This document shows positions 14,177 through 27,060 of a stretch of 64,000 nt of DNA, piece after piece. Made by a program: the position numbers and the translations under genes. The stretch covers positions 620,001 through 684,000 of the forward strand of contig NW_027271264.1 in NCBI RefSeq assembly GCF_040938485.1. Direction: 5' to 3'. Position 1 is the first letter of the stretch. Each line of letters starts with the position of its first letter. Source of the stretch: Diadema antillarum (lineage: Eukaryota). The notes under the pieces are model-generated. The model was given only the letters and a program-made list of their open reading frames with translations, was not told the DNA's origin and did no database searches.

Positions 14177-15345
14177 AACTAGAAATGTCGCTATGGCGAC
14201 TGGTATGCCTCCGCCATAATGCATGATTCTCCTAATAGGTCTAGATAGTACATGTGGACAATGTGTGATTACATTTTCACAAAACTGGCAAAATATTGAA
14301 ATGACAAGTTTGTCGCAAATGTGTTGAATGTTCACCTTCCTTGACCTTGGTTTAATTGGATGAATAGGAGAGCATGAATTTGGGGATTTAAGGACTTTAA
14401 CTTGACTTTGACCCATTCATACATTTATAAATGCATTGAGTAATTTTCATGGTACCGGTATGGAGAAAAAGTGCAATTTCTGTACTGAATAGTAAATTGT
14501 TACCATGTTCATCTGTCCTTTGACCCTAAAATTCATAAGATAATCACTTTCAGGTAGAACATGCATACATATGCAGTAAGTTTCACGATAAATTGAGCCA
14601 CTTCCGAGATATGGAGGAAAAAGTTAGTTTAGCACTTTTACTTGATCTTTGACCTTTTGACCTTTGAGGCAAAAAAGAAAAAGAAAAAGAAAAAAAAACT
14701 CTCCAGAGAATTTCTATTAGGTTACACATGCATACACCAAGTGTAAAAAAAAAAAATCCTGCTGGCATTGCATGAACATGAGGGAAATAGTAAAATTTTG
14801 AAGTGTTGCACTTGACCTTTGACCCCTGACCTTTGACCCCATGAACCCTACATTCTCTAGATAATCACTGCCAGTCAGTACATGTATATACTATGTTCCA
14901 TGAAGATACCTTGAACAATTTTCCAATTTACAGAGAAAAAAAGAAGTTTTAATACTTTTGCTCGACCTTTTGACCTTTGACCTTTGACCTCATAACCCAA
15001 ACTTTCACCAGAGAATCTAAATTGGGTAATACATGTATACACTAAGTTTCAAGAAAATATCTTGAGGCATTGCATAGATATGGTGGAAATAGTGAAATTT
15101 TATGTATTTGACCTTGACCTTTTGACCTTTGACCTTGAGCACGTGCACCCAAAAGTTGATAGGCACAACTTCACCCCCTAATACACATACATGCCAAGTT
15201 TCATTAGGATACCTCAACAGGTTTTGATAGTTACCTTGTCCACAAAATTCATTACGGACGGACGGACGGACGGAAGGACGGACGGACGGACAACCCGAAA
15301 ACATAATGCCTCCGGCACCACTTCGTGGCGGAGGCATAAAAAAAC
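14177..15345 (+). mobile_element. Pearl/Tsp/HINE-type (Helentron-associated) non-autonomous element
   Basis: 5' AACTAGAAATGTCGC start; subterminal inverted repeat TATGCCTCCGCC (14204) / GGCGGAGGCATA (15327); diverged ~150-bp core repeats rich in TGACCTT; (ACGG)n at ~15254-15292; 3' hairpin ATGCCTCCGGCACCACTTCGTGGCGGAGGCAT then an A-run. This is the established modular layout of these elements. Confidence 0.85.
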
Positions 15346-15550
15346 ATGGTGTATTCATATATAACTCACTGGTAGTAAAATGATACAATTTGTCTGCTTG
15401 TTTACAGATGCTTGGGCATTCGCTTTCTAATCTCAGTGTTGTTTGGAATCATACAAACCTTTGCTGCTTTTAATTCTGCATCAATCAAAATGCAATGCCA
15501 AATTTGATGAAATGTCTACTATTAAGTCCATCTGATTTTACTCCATTTAC

Positions 15551-15590
15551 CAGAGAGAGAGAGAGAGAGAGAGAGAGATACATATACACA
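15551..15590. repeat. (GA)n microsatellite with AT tail
   Basis: Direct reading. Confidence 0.9.
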
Positions 15591-16638
15591 CATATGTTTC
15601 AAATTAGAGATAAAACTCCTTTCATTTTGTTTGTTTGATTCCACTTTTAGTTATAGGGTGAGTCTCTATGTTTGATGTGGAGTTCTGGCACTCAGCAGAT
15701 GTGAGGGGCCAGTGACCTACCATGACGGATCCATTTGACATTTGGGTGGAAAAAATTTGGGGGAAACAGAATGGACCACAAAATATCTCAGTTAACAATT
15801 ACCAAATGTCTGCAGTGGGAGCGAACCTTTTATGGTGAAGCGCGGGGGAGCCACGTGGAAATGCGGCAGTTTGCTGTCGCTCTTCAAAATTCTGAGCATA
15901 TCCACGATGAATCAAAACGCATCAACGGCAGCTGAAGGATGTCAACTTCATGGGTGGAGTTGAGACCAACGATGCAGTTTTGGTTGCCATGACAGTCCTG
16001 ATGGAGATGCACACAGTCTACACTTCACCATCATTCTGCACAATTCAAAGCCTCCTCTCTCTCCCTCCCCCCCCCCCCCCCAAAAAAAGCCTGTAGTATT
16101 CCTGATGGACTTCTATTTCTAACTCTACCAAGGACTTCTATTTCTAACATGGTAGAGTTACAGCCGCTTGATCTTAGGGCCTTATTAGAGAAATTAAATT
16201 CTTTGCAGCAGGTTGTAGTTGTCATTCTTCTTCTTTGTATACCTGAGAGAGGAGTGGCCATGAGGCATTCATTTCTGCTCGATGTCCAAGGAGGAATAGG
16301 AGGGATAACACAGAGTGACAGGTAGTAGCTATTTTAATGATGTGGAGACTCATAATGTTAACAATTTACCGGCGCACGAGGGGGTCTCACAGAAAGTGAG
16401 GTACTCAGAACTGGACACACGGAAATGAGGTGTGACCCCAGAGAGAGATGGAGAGTGGGGAAGGGAAGGAAGAGGAAAAGAAAAGAAGAGGAAAGGAAAG
16501 AAGGGAGAAAAGAGAGAAGGAAAGAGGGAGAGAATTTCAAGCAGTGTTGGGGGCTGAGCTAGAGAACAAATTTACGAAGGAAAGAAGACCAAAATAGAGC
16601 AGAGAGGAATCACACCAGGTCAAAGTGACATATATGAA

Positions 16639-16847
16639 TACTGTAAAACAATAATTTCGTGGCATGAAATTTTCACGAACTGGAGCTGACGGTCTTTTTC
16701 GCGGCATGAAATTTTCGCGAGTTGCCTCTAACATTCAATGCGTACATTGTAGATAAAAACTTTCACGTGCATTTTAATTTCACAAATCTTGGCTCTCGCG
16801 AAATTCGCAAAATTAAAATGCATGCAAACATTCCTTGTTTTACAGTA
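16639..16847. mobile_element. CTGTA...TACAG MITE, subfamily C
   Basis: TACTGTAAAAC...GTTTTACAGTA; collinear with 28298 and 33470. Confidence 0.9.
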
Positions 16848-19800
16848 ATGAATTTGGTTGGACTTCAAGACTCCTTTTTTTCTTCCTTGGCAAAGCTGTT
16901 GCTGTTTTGTGATGCTGGGGGGGGGGGGGGGGAGGAGGAGAATGACCTCAAGACTGATCCCTCCATGCTATAACTAACAGAGAAAGATAGACTGATGACA
17001 CTAAGTAGCTCATAATTAAGAACACTGGTGAGATGGAAAGTGATGCAGAATTAATGGGGTCCAGGAAGAGGGCAGTTGGCCGAAGCTATGAGGGGACAAG
17101 ATCAATCATGGCATGATGTTGTTGAGGGGGATACATCTAAAAAGGGGACACAGAGAAAAAGAGAAACAAGGTGTACGTTCATCACACCAAAACTGGGGGG
17201 GGGGGGATGCCTAAATGGCTCTGATTGAGAAAGTAGACCAACATTAATGTATGTACCCATTTTCACTCCCTAAGAGGGTTGTGCATGAGGAATGCAAGAA
17301 ATTAGCCTGAAGTTTGGTAATTGCACAATATGTCTGGGGGCCATGGCACATCACTAGAACAGTTAAGATTCCAAAATCATACCATTTCATTTAGCACTAT
17401 GCACTACATTTTTTTTAAAAGAATAATGTTGATAAATATGCGAGTGCACCAAGTGTAATTCTAAGGATAATGTTAATATGTCGAGTGTACATAGACTGCA
17501 AAAACTTATTTATTCACACACGTATGCATAAATCACCTATTTTGAAATCAGCCCTTCTTCTGTGTTATCTTGCATGTTGCTTGACATTTTTTCAGTAATT
17601 TTTTTTTTGTGTGTGGATAAGTCGTTGATAGGTCTTACCTTCATTCGTCCCCTGCATTTGATATTATTCTGTTTTCTATTTCATTATCTGTTTCAAATGT
17701 GGTGTACCTTTGCATCTTGTCAGTCAGTGTTTCTTTTTTACCAGTTTTTGTATCTCTGTTTTTATCAAGTGTGAAATAAATAAAATTGAATTTGAATTTG
17801 AAATGGGACAACAAACGTACACAACCCAGCACACACTACTCAGATGTATACACCAGACAGAAATGATGTATTTCCAGCATCCTGTTGGAGGAAGGGAGGG
17901 AAGTGCATGATGGGATTGAGAGATTTTCTCCCCTGCGTCCAAACCAGAAGTTGAGGTACTATTTTGCAAACCAGATCCAAGCTTTACTCGAGATAGATAT
18001 CTCACAACATCCTAATGGTCCACTCCGTCGTACATAGTAGCGTCTTTACTTGCAAATAACGTGATATTTTGTGTACGGGCTTATTTCCCAAATTGAAAAG
18101 TAGTGAGCTCCTTTGAATCTTTGGGATGATGGTAACGACATGCTGACAGAGAGGAAGAGAGTGGAAGAGATCAGCTGTGCAAGCAGTGTGCAAGTAATAC
18201 ACACTGGTGGGACTAGGAAGTGAAAATGAGCTGAGAAGGAAAATAAAATAAAAATACAGATAGTAAAAGAGGAAGAAGATGATCAGATTTACACGGAAGA
18301 AAATTATTGGCAAGGTAAAGCACTGAAGTATACCAGTTTCGGAGCTAACACTTTGCCAAAATACGGAAAAATGAGAAGAAAAATAAACAACAACAACGGC
18401 AGCAGTAAATAGAACATGGATCCCATCTTTTATTTGGACTTCTTTGTTTTTAGATATCCCATTTCGAAATCGATTTTCATCAAATAAACTATGAATTCCT
18501 CTTAGAATTATATGCTCTTTGGCATTTCAGAAGAGGTTTCTGATTATCTCACAAAAAAAAAGTTGGAAACCTGAAGCTCCATTTCAACTAAAACTATATC
18601 ATCCCTTTCAGACAGACGGTTTACCCTCCATGATATATCTCTTAGCTACCCTTTCATTGTTCTCCCTATTATAATCACCTGGCAGCTGACAGGTGTGATT
18701 TTAAGAGGAGCACTATAATCTCCTTCTTTGATCAGTAGCAAATTGGCAATCTCTACCATGGTTTTATTGCTTTTAGTCTCATAAATTGGTTACAATTCAC
18801 ACATAGACCCAACACATTTCTTTGTAGTACTCATTAAGGAGAAAAATAAGTGAGACTTTTGATCACTTTTGTTTCTTCTGTTTCTACATTTCTTCATTCT
18901 TATTTCCTTTTGTCTTTCTGTATTGCAGGGTAATAAATGATGACTTAAATTATGACTTCTAGACATAAATTGCTTACTGTGCATTTCTTTTTAAATTCAA
19001 AATGCAACTACCAGTTTGGATATATTTACATTATTACTCCTTTAAAAATGTAACTGTTAGAAATTTAGCTTTAAGAGAACCACGCTTGACTTGGCACCCC
19101 AAAAAGGCAATCACACACAACCCTGAACATCAGTCATCAGTCACCATATTGCCAATCCTGTCTAACAGAAATAACCCTGTATTCGTCAAAAGCACCCTCA
19201 CGCTTGACTTAGGACATAATCACCCAGTGCACAATCTAGTGAAAGTGTGAAGGCCTGCTATTCGACCTATACAAATCCTCGCCGGAGGACTATCCATCAT
19301 AAAAAAAGAATGAATAAATGATGGAATTGCAAATGAATTTGCAAAGGCTTTGGCTAAATCCAGTTGTTTGGACAACGATGTGACGTGGGACAGGTCAAGC
19401 TGTGAATGGACCAGTAGTCATTTGTTCACGTAGGGGGAAGTAATACATTCCTACAGTTGGGGCCTTTCTATTGTGTCTTTTTGGCCCCTTGTGTTTCATA
19501 TACTGCAGCTACATCCAGATTTTGTTTTGCTGATGGTAAATAGCAACATACATATGTAAGATTATTGAAGTTTAAAAAGATAAGAATAAATTGTAAACCA
19601 GTAAAATGACCACATCAAAAGTCAGGAGCCTTACTATGTGCTTGACCATCCATTATTTGTCCAGTCGTGATACAGTCCAGTTCCGACCATTTACCTCTCT
19701 CTCAACTGGCAGCGAATCCTCAAGAATTTAATCATCAGTTCAAATCAGTCATAGTTGTATCAATGACAAATCTGATCCTAGCAAGGCATTGATCATTGGT

Positions 19801-20359
19801 CAGTGGGCTTTCACCTCTATCAGCTTTCTAGATTCTACTTGTGGATCATTTCCTTCACAGATGCCCTCCCAAGATAGCGACCACTTATTTGTCATGAAAT
19901 CGAGTGCATTGTGGATAAATTATCAAAAGGAAACCATGGTCAGAGATATTGAATCACAGCACCTAATAAAACGAATATCAATTTCTAGAGACTTTATCCT
20001 GCATGGAGCGAGGAGTGGGGTTGAACAGGTAGAGAATAACAGCACGTAGTCAGCAGAAATTAATCATGAACTATCTCCAGCACACGTTGGAGGGGGCACG
20101 TGGTAGGAACAGCTGGTAGCTGCATTCTCAAACCCGACAGTTTCCATAAATATCAGATGTTCGCGAAAGAAGCATCATGGATTTAGCAAAGCTCGCTGCC
20201 TCAGACGTTGAAATTGCGAAGAGAACTCTGTCATTCTGCTAACGTTACCTCTGAGCTCTTATTAGCAGTTATAAAATGGGTTCAAGAATGTAGCCAATTG
20301 GAAGCACTGAAATGAGTCACATGTGCTTGTATTAATTTCTCACTAACATCCACGGCCGA

Positions 20360-20712
20360 TGTCACAATGTTTGCACTAGCAGTGCGCACTCAATCAGTTG
20401 TTACAAGTGCGTCGCGCGCTACTATACGCGCTGTCAATCCTGTGAACAACTTCTAGTTCGGGCTGCCGGCCGGCCTTTCTTGTGTGCATAACATGTGTGG
20501 CGTACGTATACTCTTTTACGTACAGTACTTATATGTGCGGGATTTCCGAGTGCGACGTGCGTAAATGTTTGGGACGAACATCTTCGGACATCTTGATCCA
20601 CAAAAGTACGTGAAAAATGCTGTTAGTTTTCGACCCATTTTGTAAAACAAATGATGCACAGGATTATTTCGTGGCATTAGTGGAGATAACCGTGCATCAT
20701 TTGTATATTATC
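20360..20712. mobile_element. CpG-rich fragment ending in a hairpin, Crypton-like architecture
   Basis: Inverted arms ACAAATGATGCAC (20647-20659) / GTGCATCATTTGT (20692-20704), with the same AAAACAAAT...ATTTGTATA framing as the 41868-42030 hairpin. The family call is inference. Confidence 0.45.
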
Positions 20713-21173
20713 ATTCCCTGGCACAATGTTTCGATAAGACACGGTGTGTCAGAAGTTTACCACAGTTGATTGCAAACTCTATTAACTGTCACTCCCCAGG
20801 AACTAAATATGGCAGAGACATACTCTGACCTGACATTATAGTACTTTTCAGTCCTGAGAACATTTTTCTTTGAATTTGAAAACCTCAGTCTGTCTCACTG
20901 GCAAGCCATGTCATTCTCTACAGACAGCAATACATATCATATCTGGCACAATAATGGCCTTGTGATTGCCAGAGTGGAATTAATAATAAAATCTTTTTCA
21001 TACATTAGAAATGAAACTGAAAGTATAACAGTAAGGATTTCAAAATTCATGAATCAGGGACATATAAACACATTGAACTGAAAGCACAATTACATGTAAA
21101 CATTGAAAAACTTCATGTAGTGTGCATAACTGCAATTTAAAAAAAAAAAGCTTCATCAAAATTTATCAGTGAT

Positions 21174-21620
21174 CAGATGGATAGATGGATGGACGGATGA
21201 ATTGGCGGGCATACAGATTGATGAACATACGGATGGATGANNNNNNNNNNNNNNNNNNNNNNNNNNNNNNNNNNNNNNNNNNNNNNNNNNNNNNNNNNNN
21301 NNNNNNNNNNNNNNNNNNNNNNNNNNNNNNNNNNNNNNNNNNNNNNNNNNNNNNNNNNNNNNNNNNNNNNNNNNNNNNNNNNNNNNNNNNNNNNNNNNNN
21401 NNNNNNNNNNNNNNNNNNNNNNNNNNNNNNNNNNNNNNNNNNNNNNNNNNNNNNNNNNNNNNNNNNNNNNNNNNNNNNNNNNNNNNNNNNNNNNNNNNNN
21501 NNNNCTGGCAGAATGAATGACTGAACATCTGGATGACTGTCTGACTGGATTGACTAACCACTTCTGGTCTTTATCCCCGAGGGTTGGGCAAAAATGGATT
21601 GATTGACTGGCTGATTATTC
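21174..21620. repeat. Degenerate (ATGG/GACT)n-like repeat spanning the assembly gap
   Basis: Tetranucleotide-like repeats on both sides of the N run. Confidence 0.7.
21241..21504. other. Assembly gap (264 N)
   Basis: Direct reading. Confidence 1.
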
Positions 21621-22060
21621 ATACGAGCCACTTGACATAGCCACTGAATTCTACATGGAGTACTTAAAGGTTCATTGTTATACATCAATTCCATAATAAA
21701 ATGCAAAGAGAAAAGCATGCCATTTTTTTTTTTCATGTTGGCAAAATAAGAAAAAAAAAAGATAGGTGGTGGTTGGGGGGGGGGGGTATTTTCTATGTCT
21801 GGTTTTTCTTTGCTGAGGTTTAATACACAGGGCATATTGAAAAACAGCTACAATATTCTATACAAAACTGGCTTTAGTCCTTTCTCTAGACTGGAAGCAT
21901 GCCAGGAGGACAGAAGATGTACCGGCGAACAAGAACAGGATTAAAAACCGGAAAATGGCGATACAATTAATATAGAAATAAAAGTAAGTCATACTATTGT
22001 TTGTTGAGCCAACATGTATGCGTCTATATAGCTATACAACATATGGACAATTTTTTTTAA

Positions 22061-22144
22061 CCCATTGAGGACAGTTTGATTTTGCTACAACACGCATTTC
22101 CCACAGACACCTGCCGAGTATACTCGGGACTCGTCCTCAACGGG
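22061..22144. mobile_element. 84-bp piggyBac-like MITE
   Basis: TTAA-CCCATTGAGGAC...GTCCTCAACGGG-TTAA (TTAA TSD, CCC/GGG ends); internal palindrome CCGAGTATACTCGG; second copy at 50079-50163. Confidence 0.9.
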
Positions 22145-22430
22145 TTAAAGGTAAGATTATATTACATGAAATATAATATGCAACTATTCAAATCTATTGA
22201 TACAAGTAAACATCTTCATAATAACTGCAGAATATTGATTTTCTCCAATGCACATCTTACTTCCTTGTGTATGAATAATCATGGTACATAATTACTATGG
22301 GAGAGAAGATAATGCAATTAAATGAGATGGATATCTTATTTCTCAACGATGGATCCATCGTAATAATTTCTCATTACTGAACAAGAATTTGGGATTTAGC
22401 TCTCATCATCCAGATACTGCACTGTCCTAC

Positions 22431-22613
22431 AGAATTAAAGCATGGCACATCAGGGCCTCATTTCATAAAAGATGTTAGGATAGCAACTCTTGCTGGAATG
22501 ACAACTTCAAATAGCAACAGCCAATCACGAAGCTGGACTCTTGCCGTTACCATGACATTTGCCATCCCAGCAAAGAGTTGCTATCATACCAACTTTTTAC
22601 GGAACAGGGCCCT
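22431..22613. mobile_element. Harbinger-like MITE (CAGGGCC...GGCCCTG)
   Basis: Imperfect TIR CAGGGCCTCATTTCATAAAAG / CTTTTTACGGAACAGGGCCCTG, plus inner inverted GATAGCAACTCTT / AAGAGTTGCTATC. Confidence 0.75.
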
Positions 22614-23067
22614 GGTTCCTGCATGCAAAGGATTAGGAAATATCTCAATATGGATCGCTAGCACACTGCATTCTTTTGCCCTTATTCTTTAATTTTTTTG
22701 AATGTGTTAAATGTATGCTCTCATAATTGTTGCATAGCAGTTATGACTGAGACTACATGGAAAAACATGTATCCTATATTTGCCTGTCACCTTTTTTGTT
22801 GTTGGGGGATTACTAATCTATGAGGGTGATAAAAAAAAAAAAGAAAATGCATCTGATGAAGATGAATATTAAACAGAAAATCCAAGCTGAAGGTTCTTAA
22901 ACAAACATGCCCAATGACTTTTGCTAATTACAATGCTTTCCTCCTGGGTCGCTGAAGAATCGCTCATCGTTTCTCCTCTCTGGCGCGTATTCATAATTTT
23001 TTTTTTTTTTAAAGTGCAACAAGGCCTTGCGCCTCTAATTGGCTTTAACAAGAGAAGAAATGAGAAA

Positions 23068-23246
23068 GAGAAATATAGAAAGATATGAGAGGGAGAGACA
23101 AGAAAGAGAAATATAGAAAGATATGAGAGGGAGAGACAAGAAAGAGAAATATAGGGAGAGAAATACAGAGAGAAATATATAGACAAATGAGAGAGGGAGA
23201 ATGAGAAATAATAGAGTGATGTGAGAGAGGGAGGGAGAGAGAAAAG

Positions 23247-23315
<69 letters not shown>
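23068..23315. repeat. AG-rich 38-bp tandem duplication followed by (TA)n
   Basis: GAGAAATATAGAAAGATATGAGAGGGAGAGACAAGAAA repeated, then (TA)n at ~23250-23315. Confidence 0.9.
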
Positions 23316-23318
<3 letters not shown>

Positions 23319-23349
23319 GTTCAATTTGTGTTTTTGTACCGTCATTGTC

Positions 23350-23400
23350 GAGACTCCTGAAGAAGGTGGAGGCCATCAAAATTCGAGTCGAATAAACTCA
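23350..23400 (+). ncRNA. Degenerate minimal hammerhead-ribozyme motif, probable Penelope pseudo-LTR relic
   Basis: CTGAAGA core (23357-23363), stem II GGTGG/CCATC, AAAA in place of GAAA, short stem III around a TCGA loop, GTC triplet, then AATAAA. The G12 position is mutated, so it is probably inactive. Confidence 0.4.
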
Positions 23401-23476
23401 TTCTTTATTGGCAAAAAAATGCATTACAAGTTTATTTCTTGATTCTTCTTTATATTGGAGCCAATACGTGAATTCT

Positions 23477-23480
<4 letters not shown>

Positions 23481-23558
<78 letters not shown>
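23481..23558. repeat. (TA)n microsatellite, interrupted
   Basis: Direct reading. Confidence 0.95.
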
Positions 23559-23563
<5 letters not shown>

Positions 23564-24087
23564 AAGAGAGACATAAAAGAAAGGAGAGAGAAATTTAACA
23601 GACAATAGAGAGAGAAAGAGACAGGAAAAACAGAGAAATATACCCAAGGGTATCAAGCAAAATGTGGCAAAGGGTTATCACACTCTGTTTTAATCCTCAA
23701 GAGTTTTACAGGGACGGCTGCACTATACTGAAGTGTCATCCATGAAAAGAGCAGAATATAGAAGGCAACACAATCCAACTTGGTTGCTCGGTTTGTCCTT
23801 GCCACAGTAGGTGATAGCTGATAATAGAGACTGATTACTCACGTCCATTATCGGGCTGAACATGCTTGTCGGTCGATTCATTAATCATCTTTACCCAAAC
23901 AGCATCAATAATAAATGTGACCCTGCATCACAAAATGAACAATATGTCACCAGGCATGAATTTATAACTTGATGCAGATTTTTGTTGTTGTTGTTGTTGA
24001 AAGAAGCACTTTGTACCCTTGGTATGATGGATAACTTGTCAAAAATTCAATGTTCTCCACCATGTTACATAAGGTTTCATAGCATTA

Positions 24088-24286
24088 GATCCTGCGACAA
24101 TTGCTCCCATGAAATATCTGCATACTAAGCCAAACAAACAAAAAACTACCCTCAAACATAACCCTAACCCTAATACTAATCCTCACATCAAACTCGAAAA
24201 CCCTATCACTACCCTAACCCTAACCCTTGGTCCTTGGAGAGAATAAGACCAAAGCAATTGTTGCAGGAGCAGATGTTGTGTCACCG
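24088..24286. mobile_element. Dispersed element with a telomere-like (CCCTAA)n core
   Basis: Inverted repeats CCTGCGACAATTGCT (24091) / AGCAATTGTTGCAGG (24253) enclose TAACCCTAACCC repeats. Confidence 0.6.
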
Positions 24287-26589
24287 TTACATAGGTGATG
24301 AGAGAAGTGAGAATTTCAAGAACTTAATCTGTGGGAAAATGGTTCCCAAAATTATGTATCTATTTAAGTACAAAGGCCTGCACTTTATTGTGTGCACACA
24401 AAATGTGGGAGTCAAAACATCATGGTAACCACTATAAGGGATTGTTGGATTATCATGAATCTTGGTGTAGTCATTAAGCACACTCTATTCATGATTATTC
24501 AAATTTTCAATACCAAGAAGGACTAGCTGTTTCATAAAGTGTCTATCAAGGTTTCTCAACTGAAAAAAAACAAAACAAAACAAAACATCAATAAATTGTA
24601 GAACATATCATTTGTGCTCTAAAACTACAGGTTTAGATAGGAGTAGAATTACTTGTTTAGATAACACCAAATCTACAAATCAACATTGTTGACACAAAAT
24701 AATTCTCTCCTGCGTGACATCTGTGTTGATTTTATGTTGCACAGTCATATAAGACTCTAATAGACTTAATATATGCATGCAAGGTCAACATGTGATCAAA
24801 AGTACTGGTAGATCCATTTTAAGCAGAGAGACAGAAAAAAATCTCACCTACTTTTCCAGCTAATGGCAGAACTTCTCAAAATACTTCCTGCAAAATTATA
24901 AGGTCACTGTCAGAAGCTACTTCAAATTTTCATATCAAATCTAAACCACAGATATAAATCTACAAGCAATCTCAAATTGTTTGTTGGGTTCAGCATGAGG
25001 TTAGTACATGCAATGAATGGTATTATGTGGTGACATAGCAACTGCAGAACAAAATCATCAAATCCCTCTCTTTTTTCTTTTTTTCTTCTTTTTTTTTTTT
25101 TTGTTACTCGTCATGTGAGTGGGCAGGAATCTGGAATCTTGCCATAATTTCTTTGCCGCAATTCCTGCCAAAACCAACATCACCACTTGCTGGACGGTAT
25201 AATCCGAGTATTTGCCCCACAAGAGATGTGTCCAAAAATAGGCAGGGGCTTACATCTTTATTCATTTCGCACATATCTCAGTTCATCCATGTGGAAAGTG
25301 ATTTTTTTTTTCCCTTCCCCCATACTGCACAAAGTGCATACACTATTGAGTATAATGTGATTACACACGGCTGACACACCATAGTGTATATGATTATGAA
25401 CAGAAGTACATTGTACATTGTACAATGTAGAAAGGAGATTTCCATGATCACAATTCCTATTTAACTATCAATCCTATTTAACTATATATCCTATTTAACT
25501 ATGAATAAAATTGACACCAATGTCTTGTTTATTGCACAGACCACACTGTCAGCCTAGCTTTTTAATTGCCAGTCCACATTAAAAAAAAAATGAAAGGAGA
25601 AAAAAACAACTGAGAAATACATGTACATAACCAACAAGCTTATAACACAAAGAGAGGAGATTTTGACCACAGATATTTGTTACATGCATGATTCTTTTTT
25701 TTTTTTAATATATTGCCTGACTTTGAACCATTATTTGAGAAATGTTGTCAAGCAGAACTTGAGATACAATGTTGATGGGTAAAGGGCAAAAGCTTCATCG
25801 TAAATAATAGAGAGACACCCATTTAGAGTTTCACCGATTCTCACATTTTCTAGCTTAAAATTTGTCACTTTCTGTCCAAGTGCTCACACTCTATTTCCGA
25901 AGTGAATTTTTGTTCTCTCTCACTCTTTCATGCACAATGCTTGCCATTTAGTGACTTAGTGAGCTTTTGATGGCTTAAGGGCCTATATAGGCTGCAGCTG
26001 AAATGCATTGCACTGACCACCAGATCAAATCTCCTCTAACACCGTATCTAAAGCAATATTCCCTTTTTTCTTCCCCGGGAAAAGCGTGGCGTCTGTTCAC
26101 CTAAGCCCTCTGGCCTCATTCAATTTCCTGGGCCGAGATCAAGCTTTCCGCGTCAAGTTTAGAGTGCAATTATTTTTGTCAGTTTTCTATTTCAAACTGG
26201 TCTTGATTGGATAGGCTACCAAGACAGAATCTATCTGAATGCCTTTCCTACATAGAATAAGGCTGAGGAAACAAAACATTTTTTTTTATAACTTTTCACC
26301 TTTTTTCCCTTCAACAACCATTTTTTTTTCTACTCACTGCATTTAGCTCTGTGGTGATTTTAAGACAGTGGAAAAATATAATCATATTGTTTCCCCACAG
26401 GCAGGAGCAAATGAAGGATTGCCTGTTGACAAAACTGATGCAGCCTTGCGGGACAAAATGAATCACAAAATTATGATCTATCATCTTCTCATGGTTACGA
26501 TGGGTGACTTTATTGCGTGCGAGTATGGCCCTAAATATTTCGTATTATCTTCTAGTGATCGTGAATTCTGTAATTTCATTGGTCAATCA

Positions 26590-27060
26590 CGTAATTGATA
26601 AAATCCCATATTACCTGTGTTACTCAGACCAACCACTGAATATTTACCGTATTCTGTGAATAAGGTCATATTGTATGCATGTGCTAAATCTGCCATTGAA
26701 TATTCTCCGTATTCCATGATATGACATCATGATATTACACAGCTAGCTGCGCGTGTACGTATGTGCGCATAATCAGTTCGCGAGATGTAAGTCAATATGG
26801 CTGACAGCCGGTGATTTCAACATCACTCACGAGAGGAAATCAGCAAGAAGAAGACTAGAACAACACCCAAAAATACAGCAAAGGCCAGATCTACACTTAA
26901 AAAGATAAAATCGTGACCCCCTGCTTGTTCTTACGAAATACGAGAAATATCTACGGTCTGGTGCCATATTTCATGAGGCCACAGGCTGAATGGAATATGG
27001 CACCAGACCGCAGATATTTGCCCGTATTTCGTGAACAAGCAGGGGGTAACTAATAATATC
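26590..27060 (+). mobile_element. Internally deleted Crypton-like element retaining the start of its ORF
   Basis: From the ATG at 26797 it reads MADSR*FQHHSREEISKKKTRTTPKNTAKARST, resembling the SRF..s.EEI...TPKNT..AT N-terminus I recall for animal Cryptons. It is followed by a ~130-bp hairpin (26916-27047, arms ~55 bp). No TSD seen. Confidence 0.65.

Noticed and set aside
21166-21561. ORFs crossing the N run
   Set aside because: Artefacts of the assembly gap.
22869-23656. YI/IY-repeat ORFs (also the CV/HT ORFs at 31507, 39216, 46472 and 62871)
   Set aside because: Translations of microsatellites.
25453-25503. Short local tandem duplications (TCCTATTTAACTAT x3; also ~16112-16150, ~38446-38510, ~42750-42800)
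   Set aside because: Ordinary slippage products with no further structure.
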